In this document: one piece after another, positions 11,881 through 25,374 of the stretch
Layout: the number at the start of each line of letters is the position of its first letter
Numbering within the stretch: the first letter of the stretch is position 1
Origin: Camelus dromedarius
Lineage: Eukaryota
DNA length: 64,000 bases
NCBI RefSeq assembly: GCF_036321535.1
Contig: NC_087437.1
Location: 62,312,001 to 62,376,000 of the forward strand
Direction of reading: 5' to 3'
Position numbers and translations under genes: made by a program
The notes under the pieces: model-generated
Database searches by the model: none
What the model was told of the DNA's origin: nothing
Seen by the model: only the letters and a program-made list of their open reading frames with translations

Positions 11881-14067
11881 AAGTAGTGGTAGAATTTTGA
11901 AAATTGTTTCAAATACAAGGATCAAATTTAAGAGAGGAAGATTTGGGAATATATACATCAGTCAAAGTCAAGAAGTCTTCATACTCTAATAGTTAATTGC
12001 ATTTAGTTACACCCTGTAAGGAATAAGCCAGGAGTTTTCCGTTTAAGAATGGAGACAATGGAAATGATTTTATTTGGAAGCAATGTGAAAAGTACACTTG
12101 CCCAGGAACCCAAGTGCCAGGCTTCCGGCTCCAGGGCCAGCGCCTACAGCACCTGGGCCCCCAAGCCTCGGTTTCCTCCTGTGTGAAATCAGATTACCAC
12201 CTTCTCTGCTTCCCACTCAGGATTATTGTGAAGATCAAATAAAATCCTGGATTTGGGCAAGCTTGGGAAATGGTAGGGTTCTCACCTCTAGGACCAGAAC
12301 TGAAAGCAGTGAAAACGATAAACTACTCTGATTGCAAAGTAATAATTATGGATCTTCAAAAAAAATCATTTAGATAACCTGTGTAATTCAGCAGTTTAAA
12401 ATTGCCTTAAAGCCTGATGATGTAACTGCAGCATGAGGATGTGACTATGCGTGGGAGAGGGCAGGGCTGGGAGGGCACCGTGGTGTCTTATTTATATTCA
12501 CACTGAGCGCAGGGGCCACATTCACTGTCCTGATTCAGAAGAGATCTGTGTACTTGACGTTTACAACATGTATGTTCTGCACAGGGAGTCTGGGTACAGA
12601 CCTGGACCTGTGAGATGTGAGGCCAAACGCGTAGGGGGCTGTTCTGGAAGCCTGTGTGTGGAGTGTCCCACAGGCACCATGGATCAGGAGGAGAGCCGTT
12701 TATTGTGTTAACAATCATCTTTCCCTTTGCAAGTCATTTAGCTTCATTGTTCATAAACATCAGAGGAACATGCAAATTAGAGCATGCTGAAATGCTTTCA
12801 TTTGGCCAAGAATATTTTCAAAGAGCTCCCTGCTGCTCAGAAAGAGTCCTGAGCAGCTGGCTTCACTGAACTGTAGAACAAGCAAAAAGATGTTAAATAA
12901 GGATTAAGGGCTTTAGACAGTAAGTATAAGATGTTAAATGTTTTCCCTGGCTCATTTGTGGGTCTTTTTCTTAATTCAGCCAGGCTTTCTATGAAAGAGC
13001 AGCTTCATTGGTTTCTGTGTTTGGGTTGGTTTTTTTTTCCTTGTCTAGAGGGAAAGATAAGAATTTAACCTAAAGGAAGATAAGACCCAGATATAAAGCA
13101 GGCTTTCCTAATTTTTGATTTCCTGCCCATTTGTAAGTTCCATTCCCCTCAGGCCCAATCAGCATAAACTGATATTAACTAGAATTTTATTTTATGATTG
13201 AAATGGGCCTCAAAAATGGGGCTACTTTCTTTCATGTCTGAACCCAACAGTATCTTGAATATGGGTTGTCTTCATCATATGGCTTGTTATTGTGGAGTCT
13301 GGCAGCCCCCTGGAGTGGGGGCCCCCTACAGATGTTTGGCACCTTTCTCTGTAGCCCCTTGGTGGTCCTTAGAATATCAGATTCCTCGGGGGGCTGAGGG
13401 TATAGGGGGGAAGGAAGAACTTAGAAGATGGACACACGTGATGTTAAATGTTAATCTTGACCCTTGGGAGCTGGATGATTTGTGGAGGAACCTGGCTTCT
13501 AGAAGCCTCCTTTGTCAATGACAGAGCAGGCATTTCCTCTGAGCAAGAAGAATGGAGGTTAGATGGGACGCAGCCTTAATGAGAAGGGGAACCCAGAGCA
13601 CGCCCTTGAAAGTGAGGACTCGCTCTCTTGCTAAAAGAACTAGACAGCAAGCGCTGTCCTCCATCTGAAGCTTTCTAGGGGCCAATGAGCATTTGTCTTT
13701 CTAGCCCCACATTTCCCTCTCCTTCTCCTGGGAGTACATTCTTTAGGCCAGCTCAGCTCTCTTTTCTGTCACAGCTTCACTGGACATCTGAGGCATGGGA
13801 GGCCATGGGAGAGAGGTCAGGCACTCTCCCAGAGCCCTTGCACATACACAGAAGGCTCCTTGGAGCCTCTCCCGCAAAGGGTGCTTGATCGGAGCCTTCA
13901 GCTCAGCTCACTGGGTGCTCACTTTGCTGGAGGAGCCCGGAGGTGGTCTCCACCCTCAAGAAGAAGGAAGTGCCAGGAGGGGGAGGAAAGCTGAGTGCCC
14001 CAGAGATTTACACTCAGCCTTGCGTAGGTCGACCTTGTGAGGTCTAACAGGTTGTTTTTGTTTTCAG

Positions 14068-14171
14068 TTAGGACCTTCGTGACAGAGTTTAAAATAAAGA
14101 GAACGTTTCTTAATACCACCGTGGAAAAACATTCAGACCTCCGTGAAGTTGAAAATGAGATCACCAAAACG
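14068..14171 (+). CDS. HEG1: HEG1 exon (start of SEA-like region)
   Basis: ttttcag| (V)RTFVTEFKIKRTFLNTTVEKHSDLREVENEITKT |GTAGGT. Confidence 0.95.
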
Positions 14172-15139
14172 GTAGGTTTTCCTGAAACGCATCTTCCTGC
14201 TAGTCCTTTGTTTTCTAGAAAAGATTATTCAGAACTGGGAACCTTTCCTGGGAATCAGCTGTATCTCCTGGGCTGTTCATTTCTATTATATTTGGAAGGT
14301 GAGCTTTATGGTAAAATTAAAGGACTCTCAGAAATAGAAGGGAGGTGCTGAGAACTAGTGGTCCTGGTAGAAGCGTTTCTTCAAATGTGTCCTCCTGTGC
14401 AGCCTTATCAGTGCCCTGGCATTCCTTTTCCATGTACGGACTCACAGTCACAGCCATTTAGATGACAGGCACCAGTAAGAGCTGCTGGTAAAGAGGAAAG
14501 ACCCAGAAAATCCTACTGTCCCATCGGCTGTTGACATACTGTGTAATTTTTCTGTCTGTGTTTTGGAACTTGGAGAGAAGGATGCTTTCTTCTTAAGGGA
14601 ATGCCAGAGGTGTAACAGTTAATCCTATTATCCAGGGTTGAGAATTCACTGAATAGATAATCTAGGGGCCTTTGATTCTTCTTCTTTGCCTCCTTGTCTA
14701 CTTTTTGTCAGTGGGTAAAAAGAAAGAAAGAAAGAAAAAGAATGGAGAGGAAGAAAGAAGCAGTGGAAATGAAGCTTAGAGAGTAAACTTTGCCTCCCAG
14801 CTGCTACCTGAGTCTAAGATTTGGTACTCAGAAAATTGAAATTTGTCATTAAAATAAGTGTTAGAGATTAATTGGTTTGTGATTTTAATTTTACTTGTTC
14901 TTTATGGGCAAGAATTAGTATATTAGCCAAAACCTATGGGATTTTATAGGAACATGGATTTTATTTGTGTAAAACTTAGATTCCAATTCTGTTTCTGTAT
15001 CTGCTGAGCATCTACTCTGTGATAGGCACTTTGCCAGATGCCTCACTCCTGTAAGAGGTAGGGCCAACATCTTTACAGATGGAAAACTGGGAGCTCTCTG
15101 GAAGTGGTGACATTGCCTGAGTTCACACAGAGCAGGTGC

Positions 15140-15710
15140 AAAGTTAGGGAACAGTGCACTAGACCACCCTCACTTCTGACACACATTGCGAGTTTGGGGA
15201 TCCCCAAGAAACCCTCAGTTTTGATAATGCACTAGAAGGACTCGCAGATCTCACTGAGAGCTGTTATTCTCGTGGTTAGGGTTTATTACAGTGAAAAGAT
15301 CCAGGTTACAATCAGCCAAGGAACGAGATGTATCAGGCAGAGTCCAGGAGGGCGGCAAATTCAGTGCTTCCCGTAGTCCACTCCCCATGGGGTCACAGGC
15401 AGTGTTAACTCCTCTCAGCTACGATGTGTATGATATTCATGGAGTATTGTTAACCAGAGAGGTCATCTGAGCCGTGGTGTCTAGAGCCAAAATGTAGACA
15501 TAGTCAACTGCCCATATGGTTGACCTCAGTCTCCAGCTCCTCTGGCTGTAACCCAAAACCCCCACCATCAGTCACACTGTTAGACTATCTGGAGTGGCCC
15601 AGGGCCTCCAGGTAAACAAAGGCAGGACATTCCAAAGGCTTAGAGACGCCTCCCAGGAGCCAAGGGCCAGACCTCTCTTTGTGCAAGGTCGGATTCTTTA
15701 CTATATGGCA
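15140..15710. mobile_element. MER21-like LTR
   Basis: Recognisable MER21 text (cctcacttctgacac; ggttacaatcagccaagg; cccaggagccaagggccagacctctcttt). Confidence 0.65.
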
Positions 15711-16195
15711 GGGTTTTATGTCTACATCTGGTGTTCTTGGCACTCCATCACAACTGCCTCTTAGTCGTCCTGTAGGTCAGTATTTCCTTCTAAGATAGTA
15801 AAGGGGCTGAGACCCTCCTGCAGAAGTACAGTCCTCCCTGTTACACGGTGCCAGTGACTTATTGGTTCATTTTTGCCCAGTAGCAACATGTAATTTATTA
15901 GTGATGTGATACCTCCACCCTCAAGAAGTTCTGAAGATTTAGGCTGTGACTCAAGTGGCCTTTCCTGAGATGCCATTCTGTTGTGTAATGTATCATTTTT
16001 GGAAAAATGTTTAATAATAATAATAAATCATTGCCTTATAAATGTAAAGCAATGTCATACAAAGCCAAAACGGCATGACAGCATCCCATGTTTGAAGGGT
16101 GAGATGTGTCTGACACACTTGCTTTGTAGACAGGTGGGTTGCATTGGTCAAGGTATTGAGACCCTCTGCTGCATAAAAGGAATCCACAGCCCCTA

Positions 16196-16197
<2 letters not shown>

Positions 16198-16240
<43 letters not shown>

Positions 16241-16250
16241 TGTGTGTGTG
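16198..16250. repeat. (GT)n microsatellite
   Basis: About 26 GT units with one interruption. Confidence 0.97.
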
Positions 16251-16893
16251 GCGGGATAGGGGAGGGGGAAGCAGGCATGGGACTTCATGCCACAGAGGGA
16301 TTTTCTGCTCTTTCCAAGGGCACAAGGCAAACACAGGGAGAGTTGCTCTTAATTTGCTCTCAACAAAAGGGATCTTGACCCATGTAATGTAATTTCCCAT
16401 GGAGAGCCTTTTTGAAGAGGACCTATCTTTGAGTTAGGTCAACTCATTGTAGATTATGAGGGGTCTGTGTAGGGCCTGCCAGACCTGGGGTGGCTGAAAG
16501 GAACCCAGCCTTTTCAGTGAGGCTTGTTCACTATGCAAAGTCCAAATAAACAGTTGCCTCTGAGGTTTTTGAAACCCTAGGTCTTAGAAGAGATCTGCTC
16601 CTTTGAAGATGTTTTGCATCCAAGGGTGCTATTCTGAACATCATTTCCTGCCAAGATTTCCCCCACTGATTTACTATCTGCCTCCCTCCCTTTGTACTCA
16701 TGGAACAACAGAGTAAGAGCAGAAAGTCATTTCAGAAAGGAACGAAAAAAAGGATACCAATCCTGTGTAAAGCTGCCTGCTGATAACTTGATGGCTGGAA
16801 AATGCCTATTTTATCCTGAAAATAGGAAATTGGTTCTAGGTTCAAGGCTTTTGTCTGACTCCCAGTTAACGACAAACCTATTCTTCCTTTCAG

Positions 16894-16952
16894 TTAAATA
16901 TGTGTTTTTCAACATTGCCTGGTTACACCCGATCCACAGCTCATGCTTCTAG
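16894..16952 (+). CDS. HEG1: HEG1 exon (59 bp)
   Basis: cctttcag| LNMCFSTLPGYTRSTAHAS(R) |GTAAGT. Phase 0-2 fits both neighbours. Confidence 0.93.
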
Positions 16953-17200
16953 GTAAGTAACAGGGTTACATTTGTTTGTGAATCAGTCCATAGAAAGGGG
17001 AGGATATTCTAGCATGGGTGATAGCAGCCAAACTGGGCCCTGTTTGGGCTGAGCCATAGAGTAATCCAGGGCCAAGTTCCCTGGACCTTCATGCTCTCCC
17101 CAGACCCTCACTGGAGAATGCAGAGGATGTTCATTTTCCAAAAGCCCTGGGGCCCACACATCATTTTAGGACAATTAAAACCTGCATACTTTGCCTGTAG

Positions 17201-17361
17201 GGAGTTCAGTGTGGTGGTGATGTCACTGCAAGCCACCTTTTCCCTGGCCTCCAATGTGACGCTGTTTGACCTGGTCGACGGGATGCAGAGATGTGTCAAC
17301 TCCTGCAGGTCCTCTGCTGAGCTCTGCCAGCTCTTGGGGTCTCAGAGGCGGCTCTTCAGAG
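17201..17361 (+). CDS. HEG1: HEG1 exon (end of SEA-like region)
   Basis: gcctgtag| EFSVVVMSLQATFSLASNVTLFDL...CQLLGSQRRLFR, then G|GTAAGA. Confidence 0.95.
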
Positions 17362-20300
17362 GTAAGAGAGAGGCCCTCTGGGAGGACCCACCCATACAGT
17401 TAGGCACAGACCTAGGATGTAGAAATGTAAGACATTCCGGGCTCAGGCCCAGGAAAGCACATCACAGAGACAGCCTGTCTTTGAAATGGGCGTTAAGAAT
17501 TGGCCTTTGTGTGTGTGCACCTTTGTATGCTCATGCACGGACGGACACACACACACACACACACACACACAGTCCTGCACACATAGCCTTGAGGTCCACC
17601 GGTCCTTGGCATGCTGTTTCTGTTTCTTCTATGAAAGCATCAGTATCGGAAGTGGAAATCACTCTTCTTTCCCTTGAAAGTTTCCTGCTCTCTCTGGGGA
17701 GACAGAAGTTCACACAGAGAATGTACATGCTTGTCAGTGACCCCAAACCTTCATCATGATATACCATTAGGTTAAAAAAAAAAAAAAGGAAAAAAGCATG
17801 TGCAGTATCATCCATCCTTTTGCATGTTTATTTGCAAATCCTAAATGCACAGAAACAAGACTCAAAGATTATAGGCCAGATGGCTCACAGTGCCTTTCGT
17901 GATTTCTCTTTTCTGGTTCTTGCCCTGTTTTATTGAAAGCCGCTACAGTGCATCTAGTGGGAAGCAGAGGAAGAAAGGGATTTGAGACAATTTTGGAAGG
18001 CAAATTTGGGTCTTGGAAGGGAGGTTTTGCCTCTGGGATGGGAAAACTCTGCTGGAATCAGAAGTGCTTCCTCATGCAGGGGGGCTGGCCCCTGCTGCAG
18101 CTCATAAGTGGTCAGAGCTGGCTCTGCTTGGCTCATTTTACTACACTCAGGACTCGGGAAGGATGTGGAATCTGCGGGAACCTCCCCATCTGGTGCCCAG
18201 ATGCTGTACCTAAGTTGTAGGTAGCAGGCTTGGTCCTCTGTCTGCTGGACTTCCAGGTCGTTTCCGGGCCCGGGCTTTGTAAGAGCTGGTCCCAAGAACG
18301 CTCCTTGTGCGCTGTGCATGACAGAGCTTGCAGCTGGGAGTTAGCCTTTCACACTGGGATAAATGCTAGCACTTTGGCTTATTTAAGGGCTAGTTGTTCC
18401 CTTGGGAAATAAACAACAAACTAAACTTTCTGGAGTTGAAGTTGCCATCATTCAGTTTCTTCGGGGAATTAGCTAAATAGTTCCATGCCCCTTTATACTG
18501 TGTGCTAACCTTTGAGACAGGAGATCTTTGGTTTTACTTTCCTTCTCTTGCCAGTGATTCAAGGGTCCCAGTTTTTCCTCTCCAGAAAGTAGGAAGGGGA
18601 CCTTTCAATTCACTAAACACGTATGGAGTGCATCCTGTGTGATCAGCATTCTATCAAGTTACTTTTTTGTCCCCAGTAAACACATTTCATGTCTTGCAAA
18701 TCAAATGGCCAGGTATTTGGTTGTGTAAGAGCCTGCCCAGGCAGCCCTGCCCACTCTCTGACCCCCATTCTTCTGACTGCCTCGATGCAGCTTGTGGAAA
18801 AGCTCTTGTCTTCCTTGCTTCCTTGCTGAGGTCCCATTCTTGTTTTTTGGTTTTTTGTTTGTTTGTTTGTTTGTTTAGAAGACTTTTTTCTAGGGCAGTG
18901 TTAGGTTCACACCAAAATTAAGAGGAAGGTACAGAGATTTCCCACATATCCCCTGCCCCGACACGTGCTGGTCTGCATTCTTTGCGTCTTCTTTCTGAGC
19001 CCCTGAGAACAAAAGACAGCCAGGCATCTTGGCTGAAAACAGTCTCACTTCTCTGTTTTCCCTACCAGGGCTTCTCCAGGTTTGCCAACACACCCCACTT
19101 GGTCTCCCACTCTCCTTTTTGAGTGCTGAAGAGGCGTGCTGGCCGAGCTGGGTGTCAGGTGCTGACATCTGGGTGTTGCTGACATCTGGGTGTTGCCAAC
19201 ATCAGGGATGCCCTGGGCTACTCCGCACACAGCCATTGGAAGGGAGGGCTTTTCCCCTTCAATTCACAAAATATCTACTTTCTCACCTTTCAGAGAACTG
19301 CAGCTCTCATCTCTCCAGAGGTTTAGAGCCCTTGGAAATCCCCCAGGGAGTGTCCCAGCTTTAGATTTACATAAATTCTCATTGTCTGCTGGGCGGATGT
19401 TTTGCCCAGGAAAGACCATGGGAACGGTGGATGCAGAAAAATCACATCACTGGGTTTCAAATGAAAAGGGCATTTACGTGGCTCTGTTTGATGGACTGAT
19501 GACAGAATGCTCTTTAAAAATTTCTAGGATGGCCACCCCTCTGTCGCAGATGCAGGGCCAGCTTTCCTTCCTTCATGTGGATCTTCTTCTGTGCAGGGAA
19601 GGGTTGCTTCAGCCCGGCGAGGCTAGCAGTATGTGCTAGCTAGCAGGCAGGGACCGTGGGCCCGGTGGAGGGAAACATGAGACTGGCTTCCAGAAAATAT
19701 CTAATCAGGCCAGGCAACTCAGGCTGGCTGCCGGACAAGCTAGCACGGGTCTGGGCAGCCTTTTGTGCTGGAGGTATTTCTTTATATTAATGCTTCAAAA
19801 AGTTGAGACGGGGGACTGTAGCCACTGAGTACCTCTCTGTGCCAGCTTCACAGTGTTTGCCTGGTGAGAGTTTCCATTTTTCATTTTTCTCCCTTAAATA
19901 CAAACCTTTCACAATAAACAAAGGAAATTCTATCACAGACACAAATAGGGTTCTGATTTAGCATGCCAACTTCCACTGATAAAGACAGGAAATTCAGCAC
20001 TGAAAGCTAAAGTGTGTCCTAAACTAACCTCCCTGTGACCAAGCCACCCATAAGCCCCATGCTCTTGGGACACAGAAAAGGAGGTGTGGAGGCTGGGGCC
20101 CCTGGGTGGGTGAGAACCTGCCAGGGTGGGGGTAGTTTTGCTGTTAAAAACTGGCCCCTGGTTTCTGAATAGACTGGTGTTTTCCTTAAGGTGGGGAGAA
20201 GGAGCCCACAGCTCACTGCCCAGGGTACATGGCTCTCTCCTCTTGGACTCGCTCGTGCCTGCCGAAAACAATGGCAGTTTTTTGGGTTTTTTTTTTTAAG

Positions 20301-21385
20301 ACAGCCTTTGAACACATTTTTGTTGAGCACCTTCTTGTATGACAGACACTGATCCAGGTGCTGGTGGCACATTAGAGGACGACAGAGGTCTCACTTTGCC
20401 CTGTGCATGGTGTGAATAAGTTACTGCCCACTATCCAGCTGGCTTCATACTTCTGTTCTGTTGTCTGTATACCCAAATGGCGTGCGTTTTTTGTCCAGAC
20501 CTACCTTAGATGCTAAAATGCACCCTCATTGTGTCCACTATATACAACCTCAGAGAGGGCCACATGCGCAACAATGAACGCTTTTTGTTAATGCCAAAGG
20601 CTTCTTTGTCACTCATGGAATGATCATGGCCCCCATGCCCAGGGCCAGACAAAGCCAGGTGGATATCTGTACCGTAAGAACGAAGGCTCTAAAGTGAAGG
20701 AGGCAGAGCCTGAAAGATTGAGCTTCCTCTCTGCCACCTCTGCCTCTCAGTGGTGGCCCGATGACCAATGGTCCAACGCCACCTTCAGCCCCTGTGTGTG
20801 GACCAGTCTCCACAAGGTACTAAACACCCAGAGACGGACAAGCCCCAGGATGCCATCAGTGTTGTGGGGGGCATACAGTAACGTTACATGCCACACTACA
20901 CCTCTCCTTGGAATAAGTCTGTTAGGCAGCGAGCTACCTTCCATGGAGGGGTGCTGCATCCCTTTTGGCCAGGCAGAACCCGAGCCAGGACACACCTCAG
21001 CTGAGCCAGGTCTTCCTAACCGAGCATGGTCATGCTTTCTGGGTTTGTGCCGATTCTCCCCTGCGGTACTTGAGTGTGAAGGCACAGAGGACGCTGCCCA
21101 TCGAGGTTCATGTTTGCAAGGGACAGTGGAGTTGGGGACAGCACCCCATTTCTTCTGGGTTTGGTTTCTGACGTGTGGCATGCTGTGTGAACTTCCAGTA
21201 ACAGGCCGGGGGGCCGACTCCGGGGAGGAATAGCAGAGGGCCGTGCAGAGGGGACCTCAGAGAGGACCGTCGCACCATGCAGGAAAGCTGCTCTCCGAGC
21301 CTCTTGATATAGGAAGTTTGCGCGTCTTAATGTTTGAAGTGGAGGAGATTTTGTTTTGTTTCACTGTCTTGTTTTTCCATTCTAG

Positions 21386-21520
21386 CGGGCAGCTTGTGCA
21401 AGCGAAAGACTCCAGAATGTGACAAAGAGACCTCCATCTGCACCGATCTGGACGGGGTTGCCCTGTGCCAGTGCAAGTCTGGCTACTTCCAGTTCAACAA
21501 GATGGATCACTCCTGCCGAG
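21386..21520 (+). CDS. HEG1: HEG1 exon, EGF-like domain 3
   Basis: cattctag| (A)GSLCKRKTPECDKETSICTDLDGVALCQCKSGYFQFNKMDHSCR, then G|GTACCT. Confidence 0.96.
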
Positions 21521-21777
21521 GTACCTGCAGGGTCTGGGGTCCTGTGGCCCGGGGGACGCGGAGGTGCTTTTCTCTGCCCGGGGCGCTTTCTCTGCTCTAG
21601 GTGTGACTGTTCTAGTCTGGGGCTAACCGGGTCTGGTTATTTTGCTCCCAGCAGGATTGAATACATTATTTCCTTGGAATAATAGCATTATCTCTGACTG
21701 GTGCACACTGGCCTGGCCAACCAGATTCAAAGGGAAAGAACAGAGAATGGAATGCTTGGGATGGCAAGTCCTTGTCC

Positions 21778-21778
<1 letters not shown>

Positions 21779-21849
<71 letters not shown>

Positions 21850-21911
21850 TCCTTCTTTCCTTCTTTCCTTCTTTCCTTCTTTCCTTCTTTCCTTCTTTCT
21901 TTCTTTCTTTC
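21779..21911. repeat. (TTTC)n/(TTCC)n compound microsatellite
   Basis: Pure pyrimidine tract of about 130 bp. Confidence 0.97.
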
Positions 21912-24900
21912 TCCCATCTTTTTTCTTTCTACTTACAGGAAGTTAGAAAAATTATTGTTTTAATTCCCAAAGTTTTATTCTTTTGTCCACTAATCTTCTA
22001 AAATGAAAATACCAGCATGGAGTCAGGGCTGAACCGTCTAGCAGCAGCTGGCCGCTCGGACACCTGAGTCAGAGCCCTTCTCTGCCTCGTCCTGTCTCAT
22101 CTCGGGCAAGTCACTTCGCCTCCCTGAGCCTGAGTTTCCTCTTCTGTGAAATGGGTGCGGTGATATGTCATTGGACATTCTAAGAACCCGAGAGGGCAGT
22201 GGTTACGCAGGTACTTCCTAAGCCATTGACACTTGCTCTTGTGTTTTACTCAGGTTGCTGTTAAAGCAATGACTTCTGGTTTTAAAGAATCCTAACTCTG
22301 CTAACCTCTTAAATGAGGATTAAATTTATTCAGTTTGAGATGAAGGCTGCTCAGTGAGTGCACTGCAAGAATACTGCTTTAAAATAAAGTGAATTCAAGC
22401 CCAGGGCACTGGGTACCCTGACTTACGAAACACTGCTGCAATCTGGGATCACAGGAAAACTAGCAACATAAAGGCATCATGCAGCTTTAAGCCTCACATC
22501 ACTTGAGAACCTGTATGGCCCAGTTTTCCTGCTCAGTCAACGCCTGCTGGTGACAGATGTCCTGGAATCTGAGTAAAAACCACGTCCTGGGGAGAGGTGA
22601 CACGCCACATATTTGTCAGGACTTCCTGTTAGAGGAGGACTTGTTCTGTTAGGAGAGGATAAAAATACATCTCAGGGCAGTACTCTCCTCCTGAGCTTTG
22701 AAAGCCCGCAGGCCTGGGACGGGTGTGAAGCGGAGGGCGACTCGCTGGGGCAGCGGCCCTGCTGCGTGAGGCTCACAGCGCTCCTCAGCACCCGGTCCTT
22801 CTGTCGCTTTGATGCAGAGACGATACTTCTGAGTTTCTTCTCTTCTGGTTTGATGCAAAGTGTTCCTCGCCCATCTTAGAATCTGGGGCGTTGAGCCCCT
22901 GCACATGGGCCATCCGTGTGTGCTGGGGGCCTCCGCACTCTCGGGTGGCCTCACTAGCGGCCTTGCCCCTCTGCAGCCAGCTGGCCTGAGCCGCTTCCCT
23001 CTCTTTCCAAGTTAGCGATTTCATAACCGCCGCTTACAGATTAGCATTAGCACAGATTACCAGGTGCAGTGAGTGACACAGGCGCCGGCAGCCTTAGTTA
23101 AGCAATGACCTGAGAAGCAGCATAAGGAAACCATGGTTGCCTTTTGGGCTTGTGGCTGTGGCCCTCCTCAGCCCCGTTTCTGCAGCATCCTGTTGGTTAG
23201 ATTTTCCTCTCTGGCCTAGAGCTCTGATGAATGGATCCCCTAGCTGCTTGGGCCACAGCCCTGTCGGCTGGGTTCTGGGGGGTTACAGTGACATCTTCTG
23301 GCCATTGGTGCTCGAGCACAAGGGTAGTTAAAAGGACACTTCAAATCCTGGGGTCAGTTCCCCGTATAAATGGAGAAACAGAGGAGAGGGGCCTGTGGGT
23401 ATGTTTTTTAAATCTCTGCAATTCACAGCTATCCAGTAGCAAGTGCGTATTACTCTTTGTTGTGCACACACACACAGACACTTCTTTGTGTCTCATATAA
23501 AGTGTCTTTACCAGACTTTCAAAGCGTCATATAAAGTTAAAATAGGAGTCCCTCCCATAGGCACCTTAGCTCCCCTCCATCGTGCAGGCATTCTGATGAA
23601 GCCCAGCCATCTGTTTGCTGGTCTTCCTCTCTGAGTGCACTGCATACGCCTTGGAGGCCTGTCTCTAGAGTATGTTTGTGCGTTGTGGGGTGCCACAGAC
23701 ATCTGTGGGAGGAACAAATGGATGATGGCCAGCAAATATGACAGGACAAGATTGGCAGGTCTTGATTTGGTTTCCTGCAAGAGAAGAAAAGAGCCTCGGA
23801 AGACTCCACCACCTACTGATTTTACTTAAAAGGCCCAAAGGCTTGGATTTGCCTGTATTCCATATCATTAGGGGAAGCCCACTGTTCGCGTGTATGCTGG
23901 CCGTTGCCACCTCATTTCATCTTCAGTGCTCCATGGGTCAGGATCCCTCTAGGGTGTGGAGATGAGGATCTGGTCCTAAGGCGCACTGGGGTGCCCTGTG
24001 GCAAGTTTTCCCTCCAAGAGCCCCTGGAGCAGTGCCAGGCCCACCCTCAGTCTTTGATGAATGACTGACCGAGCTCATCTGAGATGAAGAAATAGCATTA
24101 TACCAGGAAGTCAGGCCACTTCTGAAGCTACGTGCAAACAGCCCCACACATCAGCTCGCAGGCAGGACAACAGATGGACCTTACATCTGGCTGGATGACA
24201 GCCCCGGGGTGGAAAGCTTCCACCCAGCAGATGAGGGATGGGTGGGTAGAGCTGATGTAAAAACATTTCCGGGAAGAAGTGTTCAGAATAGAACAGACCG
24301 ATGTGATGTCAGCCTGCCTCAGTGCTGAGATGGGTGGGGGTGAGTCCCCGGGATGCCAGCAGTCCCGGGGTAGCCGCCTTGCAGGCAGGGCTCTGGGTCA
24401 ACCAGGGTCGGCTCCTCCCTCTCCCACGACCTGGCCATAGCACCGGGACTGGTGGGGCTCGGTGCTTTCCCTGCCAGGGAGGCAGCAGTGCTCAGCTGGT
24501 TCCTCAGACAAGGCCCCACCTGAGTGAGGCCAGCAGAGAACTCACAGGTCTCAAAAGATTTGGGAGAGGGGCCACCTTCCTCCTTCCCGAAATGGAATGT
24601 GATTATACTCTACCTTGTTGCAAAAAAGATTCAAAGCACCTAATGAAAATTCACTGTAACAAAATGAGATTTAATTTGAAAGGTAAATCAGGTTGAAGGA
24701 AGAATAAAACGACTGCTTTATTGAGGCTGGAAGGAAAGTGAATATGCAGAAAAATAGACCGTAAGTTCCCATGTGTTTGCTAAAGATAGACCTCTTGCTC
24801 AAGTTCTGAGCTTCCCAGCCACTGAAGCAGAGAGAATCGTGATTTTGAAATCAAGTGGGGACCATAAACTAGAGTTGTTCAGGACCATCCCCATCCTTGC

Positions 24901-25259
24901 AGGGCCTGGGACCCGGGAATAGTTTCTCTGGTGCGGCCTCATCACAAAGGTCCTGGTGGCACTGTGGCAGTGTGGTCTGTGATGGCCCGCCAGAAATACC
25001 ACAGGGACTCCCCAGGGCTGCCGCTAATAATAGATGCCCTTAATGAAGAGAACGTAGCTCAGGAAAAGTGACTCCGTGGAGCCAGCACTGTGCAGTCCCG
25101 GTTCACAGCTCTAATGATCTGCCGTGAGAGACTTACAGATTATTTAGAACAGAATTTTCCAAACCATTCCACAAAACTCCAGCAATATGTTGATAGTCTG
25201 TGACAACAAAATAGATGCTAGAGACACCTGGTGTCTAACCTTAAAAAACAGAAGGAAGA

Positions 25260-25374
25260 TATGTATTGTACAACACGGGAATATAGCCAGTATTTGTAGT
25301 AACTGTAAATGAAGTGTTACCTTTAAAAATTGTATAAAAACTAAATTTTTTTTTAAACCAAAAAAAAAAAAAAT
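25260..25374 (+). mobile_element. Short L1 3'-end insertion with poly(A) and TSD
   Basis: L1 3'UTR text (tgtacaacacgggaatatagccag) and A tail. TSD agaaggaaga at 25250-25259 and 25375-25384. Confidence 0.75.

Noticed and set aside
21642..22001. Low-complexity ORFs (FLSF / KKER repeats)
   Set aside because: Translation of a TTTC microsatellite.
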